The translations under genes were made by a program, and so were the position numbers. Positions 48,508 to 57,778 of a DNA stretch of 64,000 bases are shown in pieces (position 1 is the first letter of the stretch; every line of letters begins with the position of its first letter). Source of the DNA: Patescibacteria group bacterium (GTDB lineage Bacteria > Patescibacteriota > Microgenomatia > UBA12405); assembly GCA_018902845.1 (NCBI GenBank), contig JAHIPV010000017.1:16438-80437 (forward strand), given 5' to 3'. The notes beneath the pieces are model-generated. The model did no database searches and was not told the DNA's origin. It worked only from the letters and a program-made list of their open reading frames with translations.

Positions 48508-49383
48508 TTAGGTGTATAACGGTACATTCCTTACAAAAAAAGGCATTTTCCATTCCAAAGAAGGACTGGTACTTCCCGTCAACAACCCCTCCCCATTCCA
48601 ACTCCCTCCCAGCCCCGGCACCACCACGACAGTATCCGAATTATTTCCTCCAGAAACAGAACTAATCTTTAGATTGTCAAATTCATTTAAAACCCTGCCA
48701 TAAGAACCTTGGTAAAAATCTCCACCCCAATTCCTAAAAGCAATAATTCCACCACTCAAAAAATTATTATCCGTATAATCAATAACCAAAACAGAATCAA
48801 AATATATTTTTATCTGAACACTGTCAAATACTATTTTTATCACATGTTTTTCATTTTGAGTTATATCAAAATCCAAAGAGTTAACAGACTCACCCTCCGA
48901 CTTACCATAAACCTCAACAAGGCGTCCATAAGAACCACCAACGCTTTTACTCAAAGTGATATTGTTATGATCTTGATCCCAATCAGGTTCATCAAATCTA
49001 AAGTTAATTTCATAAAAATCACTTCTATCATCAGAAAGATGAAACCAAAAAGATTGATCAACACCATTCAAATTTTTAACCTCAGCAACCAACTCAAACG
49101 ATGAAAAATCGTAATTAATATCAGGATAAATATACGATCTTTCATGATATCCGGCTTCACCAATTAATTTATTATCCAAAACACGCCAACCATACTCACC
49201 GACAATAGGATCTTCGTTTTCATCAAGACTATACCCATCATGCGGAACAATCCATTTACTCAAACCAAGAGAAAAATCATCCTCAAAATATACAGTAGCA
49301 TAAACATCACCAGATTCTAAAAATGATAAAATTACAATCAAAGAAAAAAAGAAACAAACGAGTTTACTAAGAATATTCTTCAT
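48508..49383 (-). pseudogene. 5' half of the interrupted gene: signal peptide, concanavalin A/DUF1080-like domain and first strand of the hydrolase
   Basis: FEDDFS...FDNLKI lectin-fold pattern; VVVVPGLGGS oxyanion loop; last 7 residues RNVPLYT come from the element. Confidence 0.85.
48511..48541. other. Right attachment junction
   Basis: GGTGTATAACGGTACATTCC-TT-AC-AAAAAAA; core TTACAAAA at 48531-48538. Confidence 0.82.
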
Positions 49384-49386
49384 TAA

Positions 49387-50259
49387 ATGAAATCCGACAA
49401 AAAACTAACCATAGTAATTATAAATTATAACAGTATAAAATTTCTAAAAACACTTGTTAAAAGCACAAGAGAAATTGACAACATAATCGAGGAAATCATA
49501 ATTATTAATAATGATCCTCGAGAAAAAATCACTAAAAAACTTTTTAAAAATAAAAAAATTACTATATATAAAAATAAAAAAAACATTGGTTTTGCAAAAG
49601 CAGTAAACCAAGGAATAAAAAAAACAAAAAACAATTTCATTCTTCTATTAAATCCAGACACAAAAATAATCGACAATTCCATCATTAAGATGTTTAATTC
49701 CATAAAGAAAAAAAAGAGGTGGGGAATAATAGGAGGAAAAATTAAACAATACAAAAATAACAAAAAAAATTATTTGACGGCAACCTCAAAACCAACCTTT
49801 TTTACGGGTTTGTTTGAATTCACAAATCTCAAAAAATTATTCCCAAATAATATTTTTACTAATAAATTCTGGATTGAAAATAGACACAAAAATAACAAAA
49901 CAATCGAGGTCGATTCTTTATGCGGAGCTTTCTTACTATTTCGAAAATATTTAAATAAAAAAATAAACTTGTTCGACAAAAAATATTTTTTATACCTTGA
50001 AGATATAGATTTTTGTTTAAATACAAAACAAAAAGGCTACAAGGTAATCTACTATCCAAAAAGCAAAATCGAACATTACGGAGGAGGAAGTAACAACAGT
50101 AAATACAACACCGTTCTCAAACACTGGTATAAATCAAGAAAATATTTTTTTAAAAAACACACAAATATCATTTCTAGCGCAATATTAAACATAATTTTTG
50201 ACACAACAAAAAATCTTTTATCCCTTTACCACTACATCAAAAATGAACCAGCAGAATAA
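49387..50259 (+). CDS. GT2 glycosyltransferase (rhamnosyltransferase-like)
   Basis: NIGFAKAVNQG, LLNPD, GAFLL, FLYLEDID. Confidence 0.85.
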   Translation: MKSDKKLTIVIINYNSIKFLKTLVKSTREIDNIIEEIIIINNDPREKITKKLFKNKKITIYKNKKNIGFAKAVNQGIKKTKNNFILLLNPDTKIIDNSIIKMFNSIKKKKRWGIIGGKIKQYKNNKKNYLTATSKPTFFTGLFEFTNLKKLFPNNIFTNKFWIENRHKNNKTIEVDSLCGAFLLFRKYLNKKINLFDKKYFLYLEDIDFCLNTKQKGYKVIYYPKSKIEHYGGGSNNSKYNTVLKHWYKSRKYFFKKHTNIISSAILNIIFDTTKNLLSLYHYIKNEPAE

Positions 50260-51043
50260 TAAAAATAATAAAAATAAAATAAGTCTTATTTTATTAACAA
50301 AAAACGAATCAGAAAATATCAAAGCAAACTATTTATGGCTTAACAACTGCAAAATCATTAACGAACTTATTGTAATCGACGACAATTCAACCGATAACAC
50401 TATAAAACAAATCAACAATCTCAAAAAACAAAAAACCAAAATCTTTAAAAAAACACTAAACAACGATTTTTCTGCTCAACATACATTTGCAATCAAAAAC
50501 TGCTCAAACAATTGGATTCTATGGCTCGATGCTGACGAAAAACCAACTAAAAAACTAATCAATTTTCTCAATAATTTTTCTTTCCCTCAAAATATCAACT
50601 CTTTTTCTTTTAAACGATCAGACTACTTTTTGGGAAAAAAACTCAAATATGGAGAAACAGGCCATCTTGACTTCATTCGACTTTTTGACAAAAACTACGG
50701 AAAATTCACAGGAAAAATACACGAAACCTGGAACAACACCGGAACTAATCAAAAAACAAAACTAATAATTACCCATTATTCACACAAAAACCTAAAAGGA
50801 TTGATAAAAAAAATCAACTTTTATACCAGTATTAGATCAAAAGAATTGTTTGATCAAAAAACAAAAACCAGTTTAATTCAAATTATATTTTATCCATTAA
50901 TAAAATTTATCCAAAATTACTTTCTTAAACTCGGTTTCTTGGACAGCACCCAAGGAATCATTATGGCATTATCAATGAGCTTTCATTCCTTTTTGGTTAG
51001 AGCAAAATTATGGCATTTATGGCAACTGCAATCACATCGATAA
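50198..51043 (+). CDS. GT2 glycosyltransferase (WaaE/KdtX-like)
   Basis: TKNE, DDNSTD, LDADE, IHE, GFLD. Confidence 0.85.
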   Translation: MTQQKIFYPFTTTSKMNQQNNKNNKNKISLILLTKNESENIKANYLWLNNCKIINELIVIDDNSTDNTIKQINNLKKQKTKIFKKTLNNDFSAQHTFAIKNCSNNWILWLDADEKPTKKLINFLNNFSFPQNINSFSFKRSDYFLGKKLKYGETGHLDFIRLFDKNYGKFTGKIHETWNNTGTNQKTKLIITHYSHKNLKGLIKKINFYTSIRSKELFDQKTKTSLIQIIFYPLIKFIQNYFLKLGFLDSTQGIIMALSMSFHSFLVRAKLWHLWQLQSHR

Positions 51044-52104
51044 CTATCATTATTTTTTTTCTTGGCCAATTGGCAAAAATAAAACTTTTTTCCGTATCTT
51101 TCCCTCTTATAGATGTTTGTCTAATAATCCTTTCGACCTTCAATATATATAAAAATATATCCGAAAATAAACTATCAATAAAAAACAAATTCTTTTTATA
51201 TTTCTTAATAACTCTCTATATCTCTTTTATCTACAACTTAATATTTAATTATAATTTTTCTCTCAAATCATTTTTTTATTTAATCCGTCTTTCCGTTCTA
51301 CTTTCATTTTTTATTTTTCCCATCAACAAATCCATCAAAAATCAAAAAAACAAATCCTTTTTAAAACTGGCACTTGTTGCCAATATAGTCTTTGGCCTAA
51401 TTCAATATTTTGTTTGGCCAAATTCTATTTACTTTAAATCTCTCAACTGGGACCCACATCTAAATAGGCTAATCAGTACCTTTCTAGACCCAACCTTTAC
51501 GGGACTTATCTATCTTTTTTTGTTTTTTTCAATTTTTACAAATCCGCCAAAAAATAATTTATTAAAAAAAATACTACTAACTTTTTCCTATATAGCCATG
51601 TCTCTAACTTACAGTCGCTCCACCCTCCTCTGTTTTATTTCTGTTTTTACCTACATATCAATAAAAACAAAAAACATAAAAATCCTTGTAACCAAACTAT
51701 TACTTGTGTTGCTTACCATCATTATCTTGCCAAACACAGCCGGAGAAGGAACCAGGTTAAACAGAACATCAACAATATTTGCAAAAATAGAAAACTATAA
51801 AGAAGGCATACGAATTTTTAGTCAAAAACCAATACTAGGACATGGATACAATAATCTGTATCAAGCCAGAACTATTAACAATCCAGATTCCCATGCCAAT
51901 TACGGATTTGACAGTAGCCTGATAACAATTCTTTCTACAACGGGCATAATCGGATTGTTCATTTTTCTACTCGCTATCAAAAAAGAATTTAAAAGCAAAA
52001 ATCAACTTAAAAAAATACTGTTACTTTCCACCCTTATCCATTCGTTCTTTGCCAACTCATTACTATACCCATGGGTACTATTTCCTATCTTTCTTCTTTA
52101 CTAA
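51010..52104 (+). CDS. O-antigen ligase/polymerase-like membrane protein
   Basis: RLISTFLDP, LTYSRS, PILGHG; multi-TM. Confidence 0.75.
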   Translation: MAFMATAITSITIIIFFLGQLAKIKLFSVSFPLIDVCLIILSTFNIYKNISENKLSIKNKFFLYFLITLYISFIYNLIFNYNFSLKSFFYLIRLSVLLSFFIFPINKSIKNQKNKSFLKLALVANIVFGLIQYFVWPNSIYFKSLNWDPHLNRLISTFLDPTFTGLIYLFLFFSIFTNPPKNNLLKKILLTFSYIAMSLTYSRSTLLCFISVFTYISIKTKNIKILVTKLLLVLLTIIILPNTAGEGTRLNRTSTIFAKIENYKEGIRIFSQKPILGHGYNNLYQARTINNPDSHANYGFDSSLITILSTTGIIGLFIFLLAIKKEFKSKNQLKKILLLSTLIHSFFANSLLYPWVLFPIFLLY

Positions 52105-52121
52105 GCCTCAGGTGTCTATCC

Positions 52122-52841
52122 TCAAAAATCATACTCGATCACAATATTCTTTTTTGATTCATTTCCGGCTAAATCACGAACCTTAATTTCAATCTCGTTT
52201 TTGCCAACGTCTAACTGAATCTTTAGTTTAAAATTACCATCATTGTCAAGCATTGCTACCTTACCATTAATCAAAACACTGGCGTCTTTTTCTGTCTTAC
52301 CCTTAACATCAAAATCCGCCTCTTCGACAACCAAAGTGTCTTCTGTAGGATTAGTCATTTCAAATCCCGGAGCATCCTCGTCATATACAACAAGTAATTC
52401 TCTAGAAACTGGACTTTTTTTATCATCCTCAGAAACAGCAATTGAGGAAAAAACATTTTCCCCTTCATTAAGATCGATTCCATCAAAATAAAAATCACCA
52501 TCAGAAAGAACCTCAACGCTATCAATTTTAATCCCATCTTTAAACAATTCGACCACGACTCCAGTTTCGGCAGCCCCAATAATTTTTATCTCTCCACTAT
52601 TAGTAGCTTCAAAAGGTAAAAAAATTCTTGGTGCCAAAGGCGGTAAACTTTCCTTTTTTGTTACATTTAAATCTTCATTTTTGCTTTCTCCCAAGAAAAT
52701 TGAAAAACGAACTAAAAATGGAACTCCAAAAAAAACCACCAATAAAAAAAGCATTAAAGTAAACAACCCCACTAACACCGTACTTCTTGTGATTTGTTTC
52801 TCTGTGCTTCGCTTCAATCTAGATCGTCTGAATTGCTTCAT
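52122..52841 (-). CDS. Membrane-anchored tandem Ig-like domain protein
   Basis: N-terminal TM; two beta-sandwich repeats (DGDF...LNEGEN; DGNF...GKNEI..DLAGN). Confidence 0.65.
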   Translation of the reverse strand: MKQFRRSRLKRSTEKQITRSTVLVGLFTLMLFLLVVFFGVPFLVRFSIFLGESKNEDLNVTKKESLPPLAPRIFLPFEATNSGEIKIIGAAETGVVVELFKDGIKIDSVEVLSDGDFYFDGIDLNEGENVFSSIAVSEDDKKSPVSRELLVVYDEDAPGFEMTNPTEDTLVVEEADFDVKGKTEKDASVLINGKVAMLDNDGNFKLKIQLDVGKNEIEIKVRDLAGNESKKNIVIEYDF

Positions 52842-52866
52842 CCATTCAAATTATAACACGTCTCAG

Positions 52867-52939
52867 AGCCAGAGGAGAGAATCGAACTCTCGACCTCAGC
52901 TTTACGAAAGCCGTGCTCTACCAACTGAGCTACTCTGGC
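52867..52939 (-). tRNA. tRNA-Thr(CGT)
   Basis: GCCAGAG/CTCTGGC acceptor stem; anticodon loop TTCGTAA. Confidence 0.92.
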
Positions 52940-52967
52940 GTAATACCCAAACTACTCTGGCACTCGG

Positions 52968-53038
52968 AGCGGCTAGAGAGAATCGAACTCTCGACATATC
53001 CTTGGGAAGGAAATATTTTACCACTAAACTATAGCCGC
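52968..53038 (-). tRNA. tRNA-Gly(CCC)
   Basis: GCGGCTA/TAGCCGC acceptor stem; anticodon loop TTCCCAA. Confidence 0.9.
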
Positions 53039-53084
53039 CGATTTCAAAGTAATTCTAACATAATCCCATCTATCCAATAATCAT

Positions 53085-53170
53085 TGTCATTGCGAGTTCT
53101 TTTGTAGGGGCGACCCTTGCGGTCGCCCACAGACGTGGCAACCTGTCCGCCTCTGGAAAATCCCGTAAGG
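53085..53170. repeat. Composite REP-like palindrome, near-copy of 7830-7914
   Basis: Same nested GTAG hairpin plus CTGTCCGCCTCTGGAAAA insert. Confidence 0.85.
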
Positions 53171-53307
53171 ATATTAACCCATATCTTTTTTTAATTTCCA
53201 ACCCTCGTTTGTATAGAAACAGGTTTGTAATTTGTATGGTTGGTTATTGGTTATTTAATTCTTAATTATTATTTAAAAATTAGAAATTAAAAATTAAAAA
53301 TTTTGAG

Positions 53308-53865
53308 TTATCTTGGTATGCTCAACGTCATTCCAATCTCAATCAAATTCGGGTTAGAAATAGTGTCCTTGTTAGCCTCCCAGATCTTTTCCCAGGCAAA
53401 CATGTCACCATACGCTCTCAACGCAATTTTAGACAAACTATCATTCTTTTCAACCACATATTCAGAAATATTCGCCAAATCGCCTTCAAAATCTAAGTCT
53501 GGTAATTTGATTTTCTGGCCTACCAATAAAAAATCTGCTGTAGCCAAACCATTGACGCTAGCCAAGTCCGTCCACGCATTGCCGTTACCATATTTTCTTT
53601 CAGCAATTTTCCATAAACTATCGCCTTTAACCACAGTATAATAATCACCACCCCCAGAATCGCTATCTTCTATAGAAACACTTTCTTCCGCCGGATTAAC
53701 ATCAGTCAAACCCCCAAGATCAATTCTTCCTGATTTTTTTCTAAAATAATTGAACAATAAAAAAAGAACAATTACTACAATAAACAAACCCAAAAACATA
53801 CTTACGGCATCTTCTTTTAAACCAAAAACTTTGTCAGACTCTATCATAATTATAATTTCAAACAA
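53308..53865 (-). CDS. Membrane-anchored double LysM protein
   Basis: YTVVKGDSLWKIA and YVVEKNDSLSKIA repeats. Confidence 0.9.
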   Translation of the reverse strand: MFEIIIMIESDKVFGLKEDAVSMFLGLFIVVIVLFLLFNYFRKKSGRIDLGGLTDVNPAEESVSIEDSDSGGGDYYTVVKGDSLWKIAERKYGNGNAWTDLASVNGLATADFLLVGQKIKLPDLDFEGDLANISEYVVEKNDSLSKIALRAYGDMFAWEKIWEANKDTISNPNLIEIGMTLSIPR

Positions 53866-53924
53866 ATAACTTCTAATCTGGGCAGTTACTGTAATCTACA
53901 AAAAACAAAACCTATAGTCAATAG

Positions 53925-54242
53925 CTATTCTGATACTCCTCGAACTTGTACATCAGACAATAACGAACTTTTCTCATGTATTCCAGTAAACTTTATAAGC
54001 TCATTTACAAAACTAATCAAAAATTCCTTTTTCAAACTATAGATTCTTTCCCGCCCATTAATTCTAAAAAACACCAATCCAGCCTTTTTTAAAATGGCTA
54101 AATGACTGGAAAGAGTTGCCTGGCTAATCTCAAAATATTTCAACAAAGAATTTACGTTCATCGATTTTTCCATTAACAAACCAATCACTCTTCTTCTGTT
54201 TTTATCTGCCAACGCCTTAAAAACCTTATCGCTTACCATCAA
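53925..54242 (-). CDS. ArsR-family regulator
   Basis: FKALAD..R, SQATLSSHLAILKKAGLV, GRERIYSL. Confidence 0.88.
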   Translation of the reverse strand: MMVSDKVFKALADKNRRRVIGLLMEKSMNVNSLLKYFEISQATLSSHLAILKKAGLVFFRINGRERIYSLKKEFLISFVNELIKFTGIHEKSSLLSDVQVRGVSE

Positions 54243-54307
54243 GCTTATTATAACAAATCACATCAAAAATCCATCGACAACCATCTATGTTACAATTACA
54301 AGAATAT

Positions 54308-54574
54308 TTACTTCAATTCCAAAGACAAATATTTGCCCAACATCTTCTTTAAACTTCTCAATCCCCATCCTGATTTCAAATATACTTCTCTCCTTTTAGC
54401 ATCAATCCTATTCAAAAAAGCTTCATAATAAATCAATTTATAAGGAATAAGTGGTTTGGTTGATTTACTCTTTCCAGAATTGTGCTCCCTTACTCGTTTC
54501 CCAAGATCAGATGTATAACCAATATAAAAACTATTATTTTTTAAACTCTGTAACAAATAAGTATAATAAAACAT
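54308..54574 (-). CDS. Small GIY-YIG nuclease
   Basis: YTYLL..FYIGYT.DL..R..EHNSG, REVYLKSGWG. Confidence 0.88.
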   Translation of the reverse strand: MFYYTYLLQSLKNNSFYIGYTSDLGKRVREHNSGKSKSTKPLIPYKLIYYEAFLNRIDAKRREVYLKSGWGLRSLKKMLGKYLSLELK

Positions 54575-54594
54575 GTTTTAACGATCTGACAGGC

Positions 54595-54723
54595 AAAAGG
54601 CGAGACGTAATAAATTTTTTTTAAAGAAAGTTAGTTAAAAGGCGAGACGTAATAAATTTATTTTATAAATTTAAACGTCTCTAGCCACGTTTAAATTTTT
54701 CCAAAAAAAATTTATTACGTGGC
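54595..54723. repeat. Palindromic/direct repeat array between tRNA-Asp and the GIY-YIG gene
   Basis: 23-bp AAAAGGCGAGACGTAATAAATTT at 54595 and 54637; hairpins 54644-54681 and 54684-54723. Confidence 0.8.
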
Positions 54724-54795
54724 GGGTCTTACGGGATTCGAACCCGTGATCTTCCGCGTGACAGGCGGACATGTTAACCGCTACACTAAAGACCC
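54720..54795 (-). tRNA. tRNA-Asp(GTC) with encoded CCA
   Basis: GGGTCTT/AAGACCC acceptor stem; anticodon loop CTGTCAC. Confidence 0.93.
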
Positions 54796-54838
54796 AAGTA
54801 TTTTGTAATATACCAAACTTTACAGTTATAATCCATAC

Positions 54839-55879
54839 ATGCCTTCTCAATTATATTCCAACCAAGATATTGCCAACATTCTTCAAGATATTGCCACTGC
54901 CTACCAAATCAAAAAGAAAAACAAATTTCGCATTACCGCCTACCAAAACGCATCCGAAAGTGTCAGAGTTTACCCAAAAAATGTCCAAAAACTATGGCAA
55001 AAAGACAAAAAACTTCTAGACGAAATTCCCGATATTGGACCAGCCATACTAAAAAAACTCGACTATCTTTTTAACTATCATAAACTTCACCCTCATATCA
55101 TCAAAGCCTTTAAAAACATCCACCCAGCTACTTTTATTTTTACTCAAATCAACGGCATAGGACCAAAAACAGCCCACAAGCTTACTCAAAAATTCAAATT
55201 CCCAAAAAACCCAATCAAGGCCTTAAAAAAACTTATTTACTACGCTCAAAAAGAAAAAATACGTAATTTGGATAAATTCGGCCAAAAATCAGAACAATTA
55301 ATACTAGCCAACACCCAAGACTTTTTAAGCAGACAAAAACAAATGACTTACAAAAAAGCCTCAAAAATATCAAAACAAATAATCGGATATCTAAAAAAAG
55401 AATTTCCCCAAACAGAATTTTACCCATTAGGAAGTCTCCGTCGCCAATCAAAAAAAATAGGGGATATAGACATCGCCGCCAAAAGCAACAAAAAACAACA
55501 AATCTTAAACACCTTTGTTAAATATCCAAAAAGCTTAAAAACCATTTATAAAGGAAACAAAAAAGCATCAATAAAACTTGCCCACGACATCCATATCGAT
55601 CTTATGGTTCAACCTCCCCAAAAATTCGGTTCTCTCCTTCAGCATTTCACCGGATCACGACAACACAACATTCTTCTTCGACGTTATGCTCTAAAACTCG
55701 GTTACAGCCTTTCTGAATATGGAATTAAAAACCTAAAAACTGGTAAAGTTTATTCTTTCAATGATGAAAAAAAATTTTATAACTTCCTAAAACTAGACTA
55801 TATAGAAGCCAAAAACAGAGTCGGAAAAGATGAAATAGAATCAGCCAAAAAAAATTACAACAAATGTTATACTAAATAA
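54839..55879 (+). CDS. polX: Family X DNA polymerase lacking the PHP domain
   Basis: FRITAY, HhH motifs, GSLRR..GDIDI, HFTGS, LSEYG. Confidence 0.85.
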   Translation: MPSQLYSNQDIANILQDIATAYQIKKKNKFRITAYQNASESVRVYPKNVQKLWQKDKKLLDEIPDIGPAILKKLDYLFNYHKLHPHIIKAFKNIHPATFIFTQINGIGPKTAHKLTQKFKFPKNPIKALKKLIYYAQKEKIRNLDKFGQKSEQLILANTQDFLSRQKQMTYKKASKISKQIIGYLKKEFPQTEFYPLGSLRRQSKKIGDIDIAAKSNKKQQILNTFVKYPKSLKTIYKGNKKASIKLAHDIHIDLMVQPPQKFGSLLQHFTGSRQHNILLRRYALKLGYSLSEYGIKNLKTGKVYSFNDEKKFYNFLKLDYIEAKNRVGKDEIESAKKNYNKCYTK

Positions 55880-55900
55880 CTTATTAATTACTAAAAAACC

Positions 55901-56470
55901 ATGATCATTTCACTTATTGTAATTGCCGTCATAATCCTTTACGTTGTTAGTTTCTACAACAAATTAAGAACAACAAAGGTCAGAATAAAAGCCTCCATCC
56001 AAGAGATCGGCAATCAACTCAAAAGGCAATCTTCTTTAATACCCAACCTTGTCAGCTCTGTTAAAGGCTTTATGAAACAAGAAAAAGGTATTTTTAAAGA
56101 TCTAACCGATGCCCGCAAACTTATAGAAACCAACAATCTCAAAAATCTGGATAAGTCACAGGACTTAATAAATAAAGCGCTAAATTCTATAAAAGTAATC
56201 GTTGAAAGCAATCCTGAGATAAAATCACAAGAGCTGGTTTCCAACCTAATGAACGAACTTAGGGACACAGCAGACAAGCTCATGTATTCCCGAAGAACAC
56301 TAATAGATCTTAGTGCTGATTACAACACCGCTATTTCGGTAATCCCAGGAATTTGGTTTGCTTCCATTTTTGGTTTCAAAGAAGAGAAAGGTCTGGAAAC
56401 ACCAACTTCGGGTCAACATCTGTCAGTCTCTGCCACCGACAATCAAACCCCAGAAGTCAAACTAAATTAG
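55901..56470 (+). CDS. lemA: LemA family protein
   Basis: QLKR..LIPNLV, ESNPEIK; upstream of htpX. Confidence 0.85.
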   Translation: MIISLIVIAVIILYVVSFYNKLRTTKVRIKASIQEIGNQLKRQSSLIPNLVSSVKGFMKQEKGIFKDLTDARKLIETNNLKNLDKSQDLINKALNSIKVIVESNPEIKSQELVSNLMNELRDTADKLMYSRRTLIDLSADYNTAISVIPGIWFASIFGFKEEKGLETPTSGQHLSVSATDNQTPEVKLN

Positions 56471-56471
56471 A

Positions 56472-57350
56472 ATGCAAAACATCTACGAGCAAGTCCAGCA
56501 AAATAAGTTCAAATCTAATCTGGTTGTTTTTCTTTTCATAGCTTTTATTGTTTTATTAGCCTACGCCTTATCTTTTACCTTTAACCTGGATAGTTCGTTT
56601 CTAGCTTTTGCAATTCTTTTTTCGTGCTTATCAGGATTAGTTAGCTTCTTTTACGGAGACAAAATCGTCCTAAAACTAAACAACGCCCACCTGGCCGATA
56701 GAAAAAATTACTTTAATTACTACACCGCCGTAGAAAACCTAAGCATCGCCAATCAAACTCCAATGCCAAAAATCTATATCATAGACAATCCCTCTCCAAA
56801 CGCTTTTGCCACCGGTAGAGATCCCAGTCACGCTGTAGTTTGTGTAACTACGGGATTACTGGAAAAACTCAACAAAAGTGAAATTGAAGCAGTAATAGCC
56901 CACGAACTATCACACATAAAAAACTACGACATTCGCCTTATGATGATAATTAGTATGCTTGTTGGCTCTCTATCGATCTTAATCAGAAATATATCTAGAA
57001 ACAGCCTTCACAAAAATCGTGAAAATGATCGCAATTCAGGTCCTCTGGCCATTTTAGGCTTTATATTAATCATTTTTGCCCCAATTATTGCCAAACTAAT
57101 TCAGTTAACTATTTCTCGTCGTCGCGAATTCTTAGCCGACGCTTCCGCAATCAAATTAACTCGTCAACCCCAAAGTTTAATAGACGCTCTTATAAAAATT
57201 TCTTCTGATCCAAATATTATAGAAACAGCATCCACCGCCACCGCCTCTCTTTATATCAGCAATCCTTTCAAAAACAACAAATTCGCTTCTATGTTTTCTA
57301 CCCACCCTCCCATAAAACAAAGGATCCAAGCCCTGCAACAAATGCTCTAA
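56472..57350 (+). CDS. htpX: HtpX M48 metalloprotease
   Basis: PNAFATG, AHELSH, SRRREFLAD, FSTHPP. Confidence 0.9.
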   Translation: MQNIYEQVQQNKFKSNLVVFLFIAFIVLLAYALSFTFNLDSSFLAFAILFSCLSGLVSFFYGDKIVLKLNNAHLADRKNYFNYYTAVENLSIANQTPMPKIYIIDNPSPNAFATGRDPSHAVVCVTTGLLEKLNKSEIEAVIAHELSHIKNYDIRLMMIISMLVGSLSILIRNISRNSLHKNRENDRNSGPLAILGFILIIFAPIIAKLIQLTISRRREFLADASAIKLTRQPQSLIDALIKISSDPNIIETASTATASLYISNPFKNNKFASMFSTHPPIKQRIQALQQML

Positions 57351-57366
57351 TTTTCAACTATCTAAA

Positions 57367-57570
57367 ATGTCAGAAAATAAAAACAAACTACAGCGCCTCC
57401 AAAAAGAACTAAAAAAATATCAAACCAAATTAACCCAAATGCAAAAAGATTGGGCTAAATCAAAAGTCGGCAGTCGTTATGGCGACAAATACCTAGAAAC
57501 TCAAATCAAAGTCTACGACTCCATGATTCAACAAATACAACAAGAGATTTTAAATCTAAAACAAAAATAG
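57367..57570 (+). CDS. Small coiled-coil hypothetical protein
   Basis: 67-aa helical ORF with host-like codon use. Confidence 0.5.
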   Translation: MSENKNKLQRLQKELKKYQTKLTQMQKDWAKSKVGSRYGDKYLETQIKVYDSMIQQIQQEILNLKQK

Positions 57571-57778
57571 TCTTTATCCGACTTTTTAAATTTTTTCTTT
57601 TTCATAAATCATAAATCAGTTTTTAATTTTAATTCTTATGTTTTATTCATAAATCATGAATCATACTTCATAAATCAATTTTATTCTTAATTTTTATCTT
57701 TATACAATTCCCGCAAAAAATTTTTTTGACCCACTTCCTCTCATTGTAAATTGTGAATTGAAAATTGAGAATTGAACA

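Larger units (their letters stand above)
16391..48538. mobile_element. 32.1-kb serine-recombinase integrative element (satellite/PICI-like) inserted into a host gene
   Basis: Flanking TTACAAAA cores, in-frame restoration of the split gene, attP-like inverted repeat on circularisation, internal LSR and replication genes. Confidence 0.88.

Noticed and set aside
16391-48538. Complete prophage or conjugative ICE
   Set aside because: No recognisable capsid, portal, large terminase, tail, relaxase or T4SS genes
52681-53641. ORF-track ORFs 52681-53034 and 53303-53641, and similar short antisense or nested ORFs across the window
   Set aside because: They overlap tRNAs or well-supported genes and carry no motifs; treated as shadow ORFs
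54595-54723. CRISPR array
   Set aside because: Only two direct copies, inverted arrangement, no unique equal-length spacers and no cas genes in the window
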